A stretch of 64,000 nt of DNA, taken from contig JBAROK010000047.1 of assembly GCA_049642065.1 (NCBI GenBank), positions 15,143 through 79,142 of the forward strand. Direction: 5' to 3'. The notes beneath the pieces were generated by a model, which did no database searches, had not been told where the DNA came from, and saw only the letters and a program-made list of their open reading frames with translations. Below are positions 48,970-58,030 of the stretch, piece by piece (positions within the stretch are counted from its first letter, which is position 1; every line of letters starts with the position of its first letter). This DNA comes from Candidatus Omnitrophota bacterium. Lineage in GTDB: Bacteria > Omnitrophota > Gorgyraeia > Tantalellales > Tantalellaceae. Position numbers and translations under genes: made by a program.

Positions 48970-49527
48970 ATGCCGGCCGTAATAGGTGTAGTAGTAGTTT
49001 TAGTGTTAGCGGTAATCATTATCTACAACAGTCTTATTAATAAGAAGAACCAGGTGGAAAACGTTTTCGCGAGTATAGACGCTATGCTCAAGAAAAGGTA
49101 TGATCTTATACCCAACCTGGTATCAACGGTGCAGACCTATATGCAGCACGAAAGAGGTACGCTTAATGAGCTCACGGAACTAAGAGCAAAAGCGATCTCC
49201 GGTGGCTTGAGTACCGATGAGAAGGTAGGCCTGGATAACAAGCTTTCAAAGACGCTTGGCGGGATAATGGTCGCTGTTGAGAATTATCCAGACCTTAAGG
49301 CGAACCAGAACTTCTTGCAGCTTCAGGGTTCCCTCAACGAAGCGGAAGAGCAGATATCTGCTGCCAGAAGAGCTTATAACTCAGCTGTAACTAACTATAA
49401 TAACGCAGTCGAGATGTTTCCGACGAATGTTTTCGCCTCGGCAATGAACTACCAGCGCAAGCAAGTGTTCGAGATTTCCGAGGGAGAAAGACAGAACGTC
49501 AACGTCAAAGACCTTTTTAATCAGTGA
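48970..49527 (+). CDS. lemA: LemA-family protein
   Basis: N-terminal TM helix then NQVENVFASIDAMLKKRYDLIPNLV and YN.AV..YN...E.FPTN LemA motifs. Confidence 0.8.
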   Translation: MPAVIGVVVVLVLAVIIIYNSLINKKNQVENVFASIDAMLKKRYDLIPNLVSTVQTYMQHERGTLNELTELRAKAISGGLSTDEKVGLDNKLSKTLGGIMVAVENYPDLKANQNFLQLQGSLNEAEEQISAARRAYNSAVTNYNNAVEMFPTNVFASAMNYQRKQVFEISEGERQNVNVKDLFNQ

Positions 49528-49541
49528 CCAGAAGGTAATCG

Positions 49542-50495
49542 ATGAAGACGATTGAAGAGCTGCGCGATCTTTACATTGAAAGAATCGCACCGGGGCTTGA
49601 TGTTTTAGAAGAGCAGAGAAAGACTATCCTCAAAAAATTCTATTTTGCCGTCATGATCGTGGTGCCGGTATTCGGTCTTCTCGCGTTAAATACCATCCGA
49701 TATTCACCTAATCTAGGCATATTTTTACTTATAGCCGGGATACTGGTGCTCACCTTTATCTATCATTTCCTGATAAGAGATTACAGGAGACTGTTCAAGA
49801 ATGCGGTTATCGAAAAAATAGTTAAGTTCATAGATGAGGGTCTTACGTACTCCAAGTTTGGTAAGGTCAGCCAGTCTCTTTTCAAAATGAGCGGTATATT
49901 CCAGAAAAATATCGATAAGTATAGCGGTGACGACCATATTTCGGGAACTATAGGCAAAACCAGGGTAGAGTTCTCTGAGCTGTACACTGCCTATGAAACA
50001 AGAAGTTCAAAAGGCGGTAAACAGGAACATACTATCTTCAAGGGGCTCTTTTTTATGGCTGATTTTAATAAGCATTTCAAGGGTAACACGGTGGTCTTGC
50101 CGGATACGGCAGAAAAGCTTTTAGGGCATGTCGGTACGTTATTTCAGTCGATGAATAAGATGAGGGGGGATCTTATAAAACTTGAAGATCCTGAGTTTGA
50201 AAAGTTATTCGCGGTATACGGTAACGATCAGATAGAGGCGCGGTACATATTGTCTACAAGCCTTATGAAAAGGATAGTGGATTTCCAGAAAAAAACCGGT
50301 AAAAGGATATATCTCTCGTTCGTAGGGTCGAAAGTGTTCGTGGCTATACCTTACCAGAAAGACCTTTTTGAGCCGCGGGTATTCAGGACAATACTGGATT
50401 TTGCGCCGGTACAGAAATATTTTGAGGATCTCAAGCTTGTTGCTGGTATAGTGGATGATCTGAACCTTAATACGAGGATCTGGACCAAGGAATGA
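49542..50495 (+). CDS. DUF3137-like membrane protein (typical LemA partner)
   Basis: Two TM helices after N-terminal helix, ~300-aa cytoplasmic domain; gene order LemA then DUF3137 is a known conserved pairing (recalled). Confidence 0.45.
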   Translation: MKTIEELRDLYIERIAPGLDVLEEQRKTILKKFYFAVMIVVPVFGLLALNTIRYSPNLGIFLLIAGILVLTFIYHFLIRDYRRLFKNAVIEKIVKFIDEGLTYSKFGKVSQSLFKMSGIFQKNIDKYSGDDHISGTIGKTRVEFSELYTAYETRSSKGGKQEHTIFKGLFFMADFNKHFKGNTVVLPDTAEKLLGHVGTLFQSMNKMRGDLIKLEDPEFEKLFAVYGNDQIEARYILSTSLMKRIVDFQKKTGKRIYLSFVGSKVFVAIPYQKDLFEPRVFRTILDFAPVQKYFEDLKLVAGIVDDLNLNTRIWTKE

Positions 50496-50582
50496 TCAAA
50501 AATCCCAGCATGCTTGCCAAACTGCCGGGATGGCATTATACTTATATTGCTTATTTTGAGTAAAAAAAGGAGGGAGAATAAT

Positions 50583-50738
50583 ATGAAAAAGATATTTGCT
50601 CTAGCTATAGTTCTTACAATCGTTCTGGGTTCGGTTTCAGCTTATGCGGAAGGCGATTCTTCAAGCAAGAAGAGTACCAGTAGTGGAGAAAAGGAATCCG
50701 TTTTCCAGGTATGGGCAGACTGGATCAAGGGCGAATAA
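50583..50738 (+). CDS. Small secreted protein (51 aa)
   Basis: Signal peptide MKKIFALAIVLTIVLGSVSAYA; RBS GGAGGGAG; followed by terminator. Confidence 0.35.
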   Translation: MKKIFALAIVLTIVLGSVSAYAEGDSSSKKSTSSGEKESVFQVWADWIKGE

Positions 50739-50765
50739 GTCCATATTTTCAGTGTATAGATCAAC

Positions 50766-50801
50766 ACCGGGAGCTTAAAGGCTTCCGGTGTTTTTTTTTG
50801 C
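50766..50801 (+). terminator. Rho-independent terminator
   Basis: ACACCGGGAGC-loop-GCTTCCGGTGT stem followed by T8. Confidence 0.7.
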
Positions 50802-50873
50802 AGAAAATTCTTGCAAAACAGGCGTTCAAGCGTTAAGATAATAAATACTGTTATTTGTAAGGAGGTAGGGAAT

Positions 50874-51014
50874 ATGATAAAAGAAGCAGTGTTAACCGCT
50901 GATCAAGAGTCACAAGATCAAAACAATCCTTCAAAAGAGGCTTGTGAGATTATTGCGTGTACGCTCCTTAATAGGTATATTAAGGAACGGGACGCAGATC
51001 GCGAGATCGCCTAA
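50874..51014 (+). CDS. Possible 46-aa acidic micro-ORF
   Basis: AAGGAGG RBS then ATG; MIKEAVLTADQESQDQNNPSKEACEIIACTLLNRYIKERDADREIA; flanked by terminators; could be non-coding. Confidence 0.25.
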   Translation: MIKEAVLTADQESQDQNNPSKEACEIIACTLLNRYIKERDADREIA

Positions 51015-51039
51015 AGAGCTTGATCAAATTTTGATATAA

Positions 51040-51090
51040 ACGCCTTCTTCTGGTGAAGAACCGCCAGGGGAAGGCGTTTTCATTTTTAAT
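51040..51090 (+). terminator. Rho-independent terminator
   Basis: AACGCCTTC ... GAAGGCGTT stem (with inner CTGG/CCAG pairing) followed by TTTTCATTTTT. Confidence 0.55.
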
Positions 51091-51133
51091 ACTATATTTC
51101 CATTCGCGGGAAAGATAGGATATAATAAATGCC

Positions 51134-51541
51134 ATGAAAAGTCTATTAGTTGTTATATTACTGGTGCTTTTTTTCTCTCAGTTTCTTAGCGCGCAGGATC
51201 AGTTAATGTTCAATCGAAGAGGTAAGGAAAGAGGGTACGAGTCGACAGATGACGGTGCGACTTATTATTATGATCAGCAGGGAAGAGAGAGGGGATATTC
51301 ACGCAATATTGATGGGCAGACGTTGAATTTTGACCGCCAAGGACGTGAAAAAGGGTATTCGGAGACTTACGATGGTACGACCTATCAGTTTAATAAACAG
51401 GGAGATGTGCGGGGATACACAGAAGATTATTCACAAGATGCCGTAGAGAACGAACCTGCGGATTTTGTGCCCGGTGGAGCTTACTGGGGGGTTTCCGGGC
51501 CACCTGAAAAAGAAGATAGCAATAAGGAGAAAGAAGAATGA
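51134..51541 (+). CDS. Secreted protein with four tandem ~20-aa repeats (x-Q-G-R-E-R-G-Y-S-x-x-x-D-G-x-T-x-x-F)
   Basis: Signal peptide; repeats NRRGKERGYESTDDGATYYY / DQQGRERGYSRNIDGQTLNF / DRQGREKGYSETYDGTTYQF / NKQGDVRGYTEDYS. Confidence 0.5.
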   Translation: MKSLLVVILLVLFFSQFLSAQDQLMFNRRGKERGYESTDDGATYYYDQQGRERGYSRNIDGQTLNFDRQGREKGYSETYDGTTYQFNKQGDVRGYTEDYSQDAVENEPADFVPGGAYWGVSGPPEKEDSNKEKEE

Positions 51542-52722
51542 TCTTGGTTAATAGGCAACATATATGTAAGGTTATGGTATTGATGATAACATGTTCGCTT
51601 CTTGCGGGATGTACGTCTATGACGGCGCAGAAGTCGCAGCTCTATTTATCTGATCTTTACAGGCGTATAGCGTACAGGCAGGAAGGCGATTACAGGGTTA
51701 TAGATATATTCTATTCAACTAACCGTGAAGTTATCGAAAAAGCGGACACTCCCTTGCGTTTTAAGCCAAAGATGATAGACGAGCTTACAAGCGGCGTGCT
51801 CGAGATCAAGTTGGATCCCAGCATAAAGATAGGCAAGATGCTACCCAGCAGGTTTAAACGTAAAGGTGAGATCGGGATACAGAATATCCAGAAGATGGAT
51901 AACGATCTTTTCATTCAGAACCTTACAAAGGTTGTTAAAGAGTCACCGCATAAGTCGCTTTTGGTGCTTGTTTTTGGGTTTAAGGACGATTTTGAGACTA
52001 CGGCGATAAAAGCAGCTTATTTTGCATATCTGTTGGACGTGAATACTCCGATACTTCTTTTTGGGTGGCCGGGAGATCAGCCTGTTACGATCGGAGGGTA
52101 TAAAAGGGCCCAGAAGTACGCCGAAGAGTCCGGCCCGTATCTGGGAGAGCTGCTTAGGGATATTATCCGTAAGGTAAAGCCCGAAAGGGTATGGATAGAA
52201 GCTTCTAGTTTAGGGTGCCAGGTAGTCTGTAACGCTTTTGAGCATATGTATAAATATGATGACCTCGCGGATAGGGAAACTGAAATAGAAGACGTTTTCT
52301 TAGCAGCTCCTGACGTGGGCGAAAATGAATTCGATGAAAAATTCAGGCACGAGATCGTCGCGCTTTCAGATAACTTAACTACATACGTTTCTTCCAACGA
52401 CAGCGCTCTGCTCATTAGTGCCATTATAAACCAGGAAAAAAGAGTAGGTCGTCAGGACATCAAAGCTTTTAAGGAGCATAAGCAGCTTGAGGAAGCTAAA
52501 GATATACTTTATCTTAAGTCGCTGGAACCTGACAAAATAGCTCTTATAGACGTGACACCGATAAACAAAGCTACCTACGGACACGGGTATTATCTAGAGG
52601 ATCCCTTGTTCTTCGACGACGTGTACCTGCGCATTTTCGGTAACCAGCCTCAAGCAAACAGACGCCTGTACCTGTTGAAATACAAAGGTGACGTTGATTA
52701 CTGGATACTCAGAAGCGACTGA
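51538..52722 (+). CDS. Lipoprotein with DUF900-like alpha/beta-hydrolase fold
   Basis: Lipobox LLAGC; ILLFGWPGDQP ... ASSLGCQVV ... FLAAPDVG ... TYVSSNDSAL pattern resembles DUF900 family (HSMG replaced by SSLG). Confidence 0.5.
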   Translation: MILVNRQHICKVMVLMITCSLLAGCTSMTAQKSQLYLSDLYRRIAYRQEGDYRVIDIFYSTNREVIEKADTPLRFKPKMIDELTSGVLEIKLDPSIKIGKMLPSRFKRKGEIGIQNIQKMDNDLFIQNLTKVVKESPHKSLLVLVFGFKDDFETTAIKAAYFAYLLDVNTPILLFGWPGDQPVTIGGYKRAQKYAEESGPYLGELLRDIIRKVKPERVWIEASSLGCQVVCNAFEHMYKYDDLADRETEIEDVFLAAPDVGENEFDEKFRHEIVALSDNLTTYVSSNDSALLISAIINQEKRVGRQDIKAFKEHKQLEEAKDILYLKSLEPDKIALIDVTPINKATYGHGYYLEDPLFFDDVYLRIFGNQPQANRRLYLLKYKGDVDYWILRSD

Positions 52723-52763
52723 TTAAGTTAAAAAACCTATTTTAAAATTCCCTGAGAAATTAT

Positions 52764-52794
52764 TTACACAATTTTTTTACAGTGGTATCATAAT
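52764..52794 (+). promoter_or_regulatory. Putative promoter TTTACA-N16/17-TATCATAAT
   Basis: Hexamers read directly ~60 nt upstream of the Cys-rich micro-ORF. Confidence 0.3.
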
Positions 52795-52855
52795 GAGTAA
52801 TACGTGTGTTACGGGGTAACGGTCGTACAATTTTTAATGTTAGAGGATCATTGTT

Positions 52856-53047
52856 ATGGGTACGCCTGAATACTGCTGGGAATATTGGAATTGCAGCGAA
52901 GAAGAAAAAGAAGAATGCCCGCATTATATGATGGCAGGGTACAGGGGTACGAGTTGCTGGCTTAATGATAGGATATATACTCCTAAGACGGGTAGGGATT
53001 TTAAGGATTGCCGCGAATGCCCTTGGTATAAGAAATTCCACCTGTAA
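52856..53047 (+). CDS. Cys/Trp-rich 63-aa protein (6 Cys, 5 Trp)
   Basis: MGTPEYCWEYWNCSEEEKEECPHYMMAGYRGTSCWLNDRIYTPKTGRDFKDCRECPWYKKFHL; no family recognised. Confidence 0.4.
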   Translation: MGTPEYCWEYWNCSEEEKEECPHYMMAGYRGTSCWLNDRIYTPKTGRDFKDCRECPWYKKFHL

Positions 53048-53052
53048 CGCGT

Positions 53053-53784
53053 TTAGTGTCGTTTCTGCATAGCGCGTTCTTTCCTGAAAAGATATATCGC
53101 GATGTTTCTATTCTCGCGGATAGCTTCCTTAATGGCTTTGGTATTTTTTTCCGATCTAATGAGAGTCTTCCATGAATAAACATGGCGTGGTTCATGGAAA
53201 TCCGAACCTGCTATGTAGTTGAACCTTTTCAGACCTATCACGTTAAACAGATCGTCACGGTTAGCGACTTCCCAAGCGTCAAAAAGATTAGCGTATCTCT
53301 CATGGTTTTCCCAGAGGTGTATGAAAGGCATCTCTGGTTCCGAATCCTTGTAATGAGGGTGGCATGCAATAGCTACCGCATTCTGCCCATGTATCTGGTT
53401 TACTATGTCTTCCACTGACTGATTTGGATTGATATATTCTTTTATGTCTAGTCCAATAAGATGGAAGAGGGCGGGGTTGTTAGAGATTTCGATTCCCGGA
53501 AGAACTAGCATACTGTACTTTTCCCACGCTCTTTTCGCTTCCTGCGAGAGCAAGTGCATGTAATCTGAGAATTTTTCTTTATGTATGGTGCAGGGTCTTT
53601 CGTTGTTGTCTACCCAAAGCTTGATGGTATCTTTATCATAGACGTGGTCGGTTATGCAGATAACGTCAAACCCGTTCTTGCCGAAAAGGTCCACGACCTC
53701 GGGAAGCGGAAGCTTACCATCGCTGATATCGGTATGAATGTGAAAATCACAGAGCAACCAGTCTTTACGCGCTTCGTGCATCAC
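53053..53784 (-). CDS. PHP-domain metal-dependent phosphoesterase
   Basis: CDFHIHTDISDG and ICITDH PHP motifs. Confidence 0.7.
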   Translation of the reverse strand: MMHEARKDWLLCDFHIHTDISDGKLPLPEVVDLFGKNGFDVICITDHVYDKDTIKLWVDNNERPCTIHKEKFSDYMHLLSQEAKRAWEKYSMLVLPGIEISNNPALFHLIGLDIKEYINPNQSVEDIVNQIHGQNAVAIACHPHYKDSEPEMPFIHLWENHERYANLFDAWEVANRDDLFNVIGLKRFNYIAGSDFHEPRHVYSWKTLIRSEKNTKAIKEAIRENRNIAIYLFRKERAMQKRH

Positions 53785-53869
53785 AACCTCCTTATAGATT
53801 CATTATACATAAAATCCCGTTTATGACAAATATCTTGATTACTATTATTGGGAAAAGTATAATATTCTC

Positions 53870-54406
53870 ATGTTACCATTCGTTAATTTACCAGTAAAAA
53901 TCGTTAAACTATTCACCGCCAACGTTTCCGAAAGCGAAGTGGCTGCGGGCGTGGTCATGGGCATGTTTTTCGGGTTCATTCCCCTGAACGGGCCTATGGC
54001 GATCCTCTTGTTTATGCTTTTCTTTATTTTCAAGATAAACCGTCTTGCTTCTATTCTGGTCCTGCCGGTATTCAAGCTTATTTACATCGTAGGAGTATAT
54101 AAGCTGGCGGATACTGTAGGAGGAATACTTCTAATTAATTTAAAGTTCCTGGCGGGATTGTGGGGATTCCTTACGTCTTTACCTATCATTGCGTATCTTG
54201 ATCTGGGTAATACGCTTGTTCTCGGCGGGCTTCTGATATCGGGGATACTTACCTTTCCTGTATATATAGGAGCGAAAAAAGGTATCGTTATTCTCCGGGA
54301 AAAGTATTTCGATAAGTTCAAAGAGACGAAGTTCTATAAATGGTTTATGAAATTGCCTCTTATCAGTAAAGCTGTTGCACTTACCAGCAAGACTGGAGGG
54401 GATTAA
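53870..54406 (+). CDS. DUF2062-family membrane protein (TIGR03546-like)
   Basis: SESEVAAGVVMGMFFGFIPLNG...KINRLASILVLPV matches the DUF2062 consensus as recalled. Confidence 0.55.
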   Translation: MLPFVNLPVKIVKLFTANVSESEVAAGVVMGMFFGFIPLNGPMAILLFMLFFIFKINRLASILVLPVFKLIYIVGVYKLADTVGGILLINLKFLAGLWGFLTSLPIIAYLDLGNTLVLGGLLISGILTFPVYIGAKKGIVILREKYFDKFKETKFYKWFMKLPLISKAVALTSKTGGD

Positions 54407-55753
54407 ATGGGCATAAAATTTATCAACGTAAAAGGCATAGCGATAGTGGTAGCGATGCTGGTGGTTTTCCAGCTCGCTTTTGGCCTTGTCTTGAGTCCTA
54501 TACTGGGCAAGATGGTAGTAGATGTTATCAACAAGTCCAGTGACGCCAAAATAACCATTGGCAGTGTTAATGTATGGCCTTTGACGTTGTCGTTTTCGAT
54601 GAAGGATCTCAGGGTATACGATCCGGATGATGATAAGAAACTGATGATAGAGGTCAAAAAAGCCTCAGCTGGAATGAGTTTTTTTGCGCTTCTTTCAAAG
54701 AAAATAGTAGTGTCGGGCGTAAGCCTTTCGGGGGTGCTTATAAACCTAGAAGGCGAGCCTGACGGGAGTTTTAACGTTGCTAAGATAGCTGAGCCGAAAG
54801 AAGCACCCGCCAAGAAAACTTCCGTAATGGATCGTTTTAAAAAAAGAGATGGTGGAGACTGGTTCTCCATGGTTTTTAACATGGTCAAAAACCGCAGCTC
54901 AAAAAAAGCTGTAGAGGGACATAAAGAAACAAAAAAAGAAGCCCGAAAGATCAAGACCGAAGTTATAGAACTACCTAAGGGTAGACGCGTTCTTTTCAGG
55001 ACCGTTAAAGATGAGTACCTGATGCAGATAAAGAAACTTGCCATAAAGAACGCTCGTATCCACGTTGTGGCTGGTGGTGGCCAGGAAATTGACGTTGAAA
55101 AAGCGGGCGTAAGCATGACAGGTATAGCGATAGACCCTAAAAAAGGAGCTACCTTTGATACGCTGAAAGTTGGAGGTGCTCTTAGAAAGGGTGACAAACC
55201 CGCCGGAAGTTTTCACATGTCATATGTAAGCAAGTTTGTACGTGACGGCGTAAGAACGGATGTGGATGTCTCTGCCAGGGACGTGGACCTGCCTGCCATA
55301 AGTTTTATTTACAAGGATTCGCTTCCCGTAGACGTAGAGAAAGGCATACTTGATCTTAGTTCCGATACCGTTATTGTGAACGATTCGCTTGACTCAAAGA
55401 ACAAGATCGTTCTTACCGGTCACCAGCTCCAGCCGGGATCGGGTAAAGGCACGATGGTTGGTGTGATACCGATGTCTGCCCTTTGCCAGGCGCTTAACCA
55501 GGTGGATCCTTTAAAACTTAATTTCGGGATCACGGGTACCGTGGATAATCCGAAGTTCACCGGACTTGAAAAGACGCTGCAAGAGGTCGCAAAACCATAC
55601 CTTAAAAATATAGTTGAAGACCAGGCAAAAGGCGTCCTGGAAGGGTTTATGAAAAAAGAAACCGGTGCTCCTGCGGGCGGTGAGTCTGGCGCATCTGAAG
55701 ATATCGGTAAAAAAGCCGCAGAGTCCATCAAATCCCTCTTCAAGAAGAAATAA
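54407..55753 (+). CDS. Large membrane-anchored periplasmic protein, possible AsmA-like/TIGR03545-like partner of DUF2062
   Basis: N-terminal TM anchor, 448 aa, Lys-rich; start abuts upstream stop; family assignment tentative. Confidence 0.4.
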   Translation: MGIKFINVKGIAIVVAMLVVFQLAFGLVLSPILGKMVVDVINKSSDAKITIGSVNVWPLTLSFSMKDLRVYDPDDDKKLMIEVKKASAGMSFFALLSKKIVVSGVSLSGVLINLEGEPDGSFNVAKIAEPKEAPAKKTSVMDRFKKRDGGDWFSMVFNMVKNRSSKKAVEGHKETKKEARKIKTEVIELPKGRRVLFRTVKDEYLMQIKKLAIKNARIHVVAGGGQEIDVEKAGVSMTGIAIDPKKGATFDTLKVGGALRKGDKPAGSFHMSYVSKFVRDGVRTDVDVSARDVDLPAISFIYKDSLPVDVEKGILDLSSDTVIVNDSLDSKNKIVLTGHQLQPGSGKGTMVGVIPMSALCQALNQVDPLKLNFGITGTVDNPKFTGLEKTLQEVAKPYLKNIVEDQAKGVLEGFMKKETGAPAGGESGASEDIGKKAAESIKSLFKKK

Positions 55754-55760
55754 CCCATCA

Positions 55761-56510
55761 ATGAAAAACCTAAAATATATTGTTCTTGGATTCTTTGCGG
55801 GATTCAGTAGCGCTTTCCTAGGGGTAGGAGGGGGAGTAGTGATGGTACCCGCATTGGTTTTCTTCTTCGGGTACGCGATGCAAAAAGCCGCTGGGACTTC
55901 ACTGGCAACGATTGTTCCGGCAGCTTTTGTCGGTGCGCTGACACATTATCTGATAAAAAGCGGTAATATACATTTCATAAGCGTATTGTATATAGTTTTA
56001 GGAGCGGTTGCGGGATCAAGAATAGGTTCGATCCTTGCAAACAAAGCGAACAACAGGGTTTTAAAAATCCTGTTCGCTTTTTTTCTGATTTTTATCGGGG
56101 TAAGGCAGGCTGGCATAGTGAATTTCCAGATAACAGCGGCCATGAATCTCGCTTCTATACCTTCTTTTGTGATACTCGGTTTTGCGGCTGGGTTAGTTTC
56201 GGCTTTGTTTGGTATAGGCGGAGGAGTGATAATGGTGCCTGTGCTTAATATCTTTTTTGGGTTTCCTATGCACGAAGCTATTGCGACTTCAATTACTGTT
56301 ATAGTTCCAACCGCGGCAGCAGGAGCCTTTTTTCATTCGGAGTTCGGTAACATTGATCGTGAAGCGGTAAAATGTTTGATACCGGGTGCGATGGTTGGTG
56401 CGATTCTGGGAGCCGTTCTTTCCAATATGACCGATCCAGGGGCACTGAAAATAATATTAGGAGGGGTTATTCTCTTATGTGCCGTGAAGATGTTTTTCAA
56501 AACGGAATAA
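55761..56510 (+). CDS. TSUP-family (TauE/SafE, DUF81) anion exporter
   Basis: Two homologous 4-TM halves each with GVGGGVVMVP / GIGGGVIMVP motif. Confidence 0.8.
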   Translation: MKNLKYIVLGFFAGFSSAFLGVGGGVVMVPALVFFFGYAMQKAAGTSLATIVPAAFVGALTHYLIKSGNIHFISVLYIVLGAVAGSRIGSILANKANNRVLKILFAFFLIFIGVRQAGIVNFQITAAMNLASIPSFVILGFAAGLVSALFGIGGGVIMVPVLNIFFGFPMHEAIATSITVIVPTAAAGAFFHSEFGNIDREAVKCLIPGAMVGAILGAVLSNMTDPGALKIILGGVILLCAVKMFFKTE

Positions 56511-56524
56511 AGCCGGAGGATGGA

Positions 56525-56764
56525 ATGAAAAAAACAAAGATGTTTAATGTGGCATTAATAACGGTTTGTGTTATTCTTGCGGTTATCGTGGGGACAGGCG
56601 CTAAAAGAGAGAGGGCAAGGGTTAGGGAGAGAAGTACTGATATGACCGAAGAGAGGCGGACTATAGACGAGTCCTTAAAGGAAATGCCGGTAAGGGATGA
56701 GAATGTTGAGGAAGAGGTTACGGAAGAAATAAAGGATGAAACAGTCGTAGATCGGGACGAGTAA
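56525..56764 (+). CDS. Small membrane-anchored protein with acidic C-terminus
   Basis: TM helix FNVALITVCVILAVIVGTG then Glu/Asp-rich tail; RBS GGAGGA. Confidence 0.35.
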   Translation: MKKTKMFNVALITVCVILAVIVGTGAKRERARVRERSTDMTEERRTIDESLKEMPVRDENVEEEVTEEIKDETVVDRDE

Positions 56765-56805
56765 AAGGAATCAGATAAAAGGCGTGTAATAACTAAAAAA
56801 GAACA

Positions 56806-56860
56806 AATAAGTATCCCGGAGGTTATATTCTATCAGCCTCCGGGATACTTATTATTTTTA
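56806..56860 (+). terminator. Rho-independent terminator with 17-bp perfect stem
   Basis: AATAAGTATCCCGGAGG - 15-nt loop - CCTCCGGGATACTTATT then ATTTTTA. Confidence 0.75.
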
Positions 56861-56950
56861 CGATTTGCATTTTTTAAAAACCTCATTATACTTCTATTAT
56901 TATATTAACTTTTAATACAAGAGTTTTTGAAAAAAAGAGGGAGTGAGGGG

Positions 56951-57409
56951 ATGTCAGTCTGGGGTGAACCCGAAACGGATGTTGAAAGGCAGCAGGAAAG
57001 CCGCAAAGAGACGCAGGTACTCGAACCTTCTCTTAAGGGTGTGATGCTGTGCAAAAAAGTTTATACTGATCATATGGGCCGCAATACTTATGCGGGAGAG
57101 TTCAGGACCATACATGTCGGTGACGTGCCGGCGGTATGTTCAGGAGTATCTATTGTAACGAAATGGGGTGACGGGCAGGGAGGGTGTTTCAGGCAGGAGA
57201 TAAAGATAGTGGATCCTGAGAACTCGCTGGAGATATTCAACAGTGCTGAACTTGAAACAAGATTCAGTCTTGATAATATATATCATGAGCATGTAGTAGC
57301 GGGACAGATTTCGGGGCTTTTTCTTCCCAAGGCCGGAAGATACAGGATAGAGGTGTACTTAGACGGCGAGATGAAAGGAAAGACGTATTTCAACGTGATC
57401 AATAAATGA
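56951..57409 (+). CDS. Hypothetical protein (153 aa)
   Basis: ATG behind AGAGGGAGTGAGGGG; beta-rich sequence, no family recognised. Confidence 0.4.
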   Translation: MSVWGEPETDVERQQESRKETQVLEPSLKGVMLCKKVYTDHMGRNTYAGEFRTIHVGDVPAVCSGVSIVTKWGDGQGGCFRQEIKIVDPENSLEIFNSAELETRFSLDNIYHEHVVAGQISGLFLPKAGRYRIEVYLDGEMKGKTYFNVINK

Positions 57410-57504
57410 TCCGGTGAGTCGTGCATTTCTCTTGCCAAACGGGGAAAAGGGCGTTAAGATATTTTCCATGAGACGCCACAGGTTGATATAGCAGGATTTC
57501 TAAG

Positions 57505-57536
57505 AGGCAGGTTCTTAAGGGGCTTGCCTTTTTTTG
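57505..57536 (+). terminator. Probable rho-independent terminator
   Basis: AGGCAGG...CTTGCCT stem (one G-U) followed by T7. Confidence 0.4.
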
Positions 57537-57558
57537 TTATTGGAATGGAGGGAGAGAT

Positions 57559-57936
57559 ATGTCCCACGAAAGAAGAAAACATAAGAGGATAGAAAAGCAG
57601 TTCATCGCGAGATTCCAGGTAAGGCCGCACGAGAGCTCTACCGAGGCGTTCAAGGGATGGGATATGGTCACTGTCAGGAACTTAAGTTCTGGTGGAGTGA
57701 GTTTCAATTACGACAAGGATCTGGGAGTGGGTTCTGTATTGGACTTCAAGGTGAACTTCCCCGATTACGAACCACCAATAAGCTGCCTGGCGAAGATTCT
57801 GAGAGTTGAGGACGCGCCGTACGGTCTTTTCCATATCGCTGCTGAGTTTTCCAGCGTCGACGAAAAGGAAAAAAAGATGATAGAAGGTCTGGCTGATGAG
57901 CTTGAACTGGATGGTTCTCAAGGTGAGAGCGAATAG
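57559..57936 (+). CDS. PilZ-domain protein (c-di-GMP receptor)
   Basis: RRKHKR (RxxxR) and NLSSGGVSF (D/NxSxGG) motifs. Confidence 0.7.
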   Translation: MSHERRKHKRIEKQFIARFQVRPHESSTEAFKGWDMVTVRNLSSGGVSFNYDKDLGVGSVLDFKVNFPDYEPPISCLAKILRVEDAPYGLFHIAAEFSSVDEKEKKMIEGLADELELDGSQGESE

Positions 57937-58030
57937 TCTCGGAAGCACCTTTGTCTATTGAAAAGGATGGGTTGATAGTATAATATAGCGGAATCGAAGA
58001 TTTTTGGTTTCTCCAGGAGGAGGAGATAAA

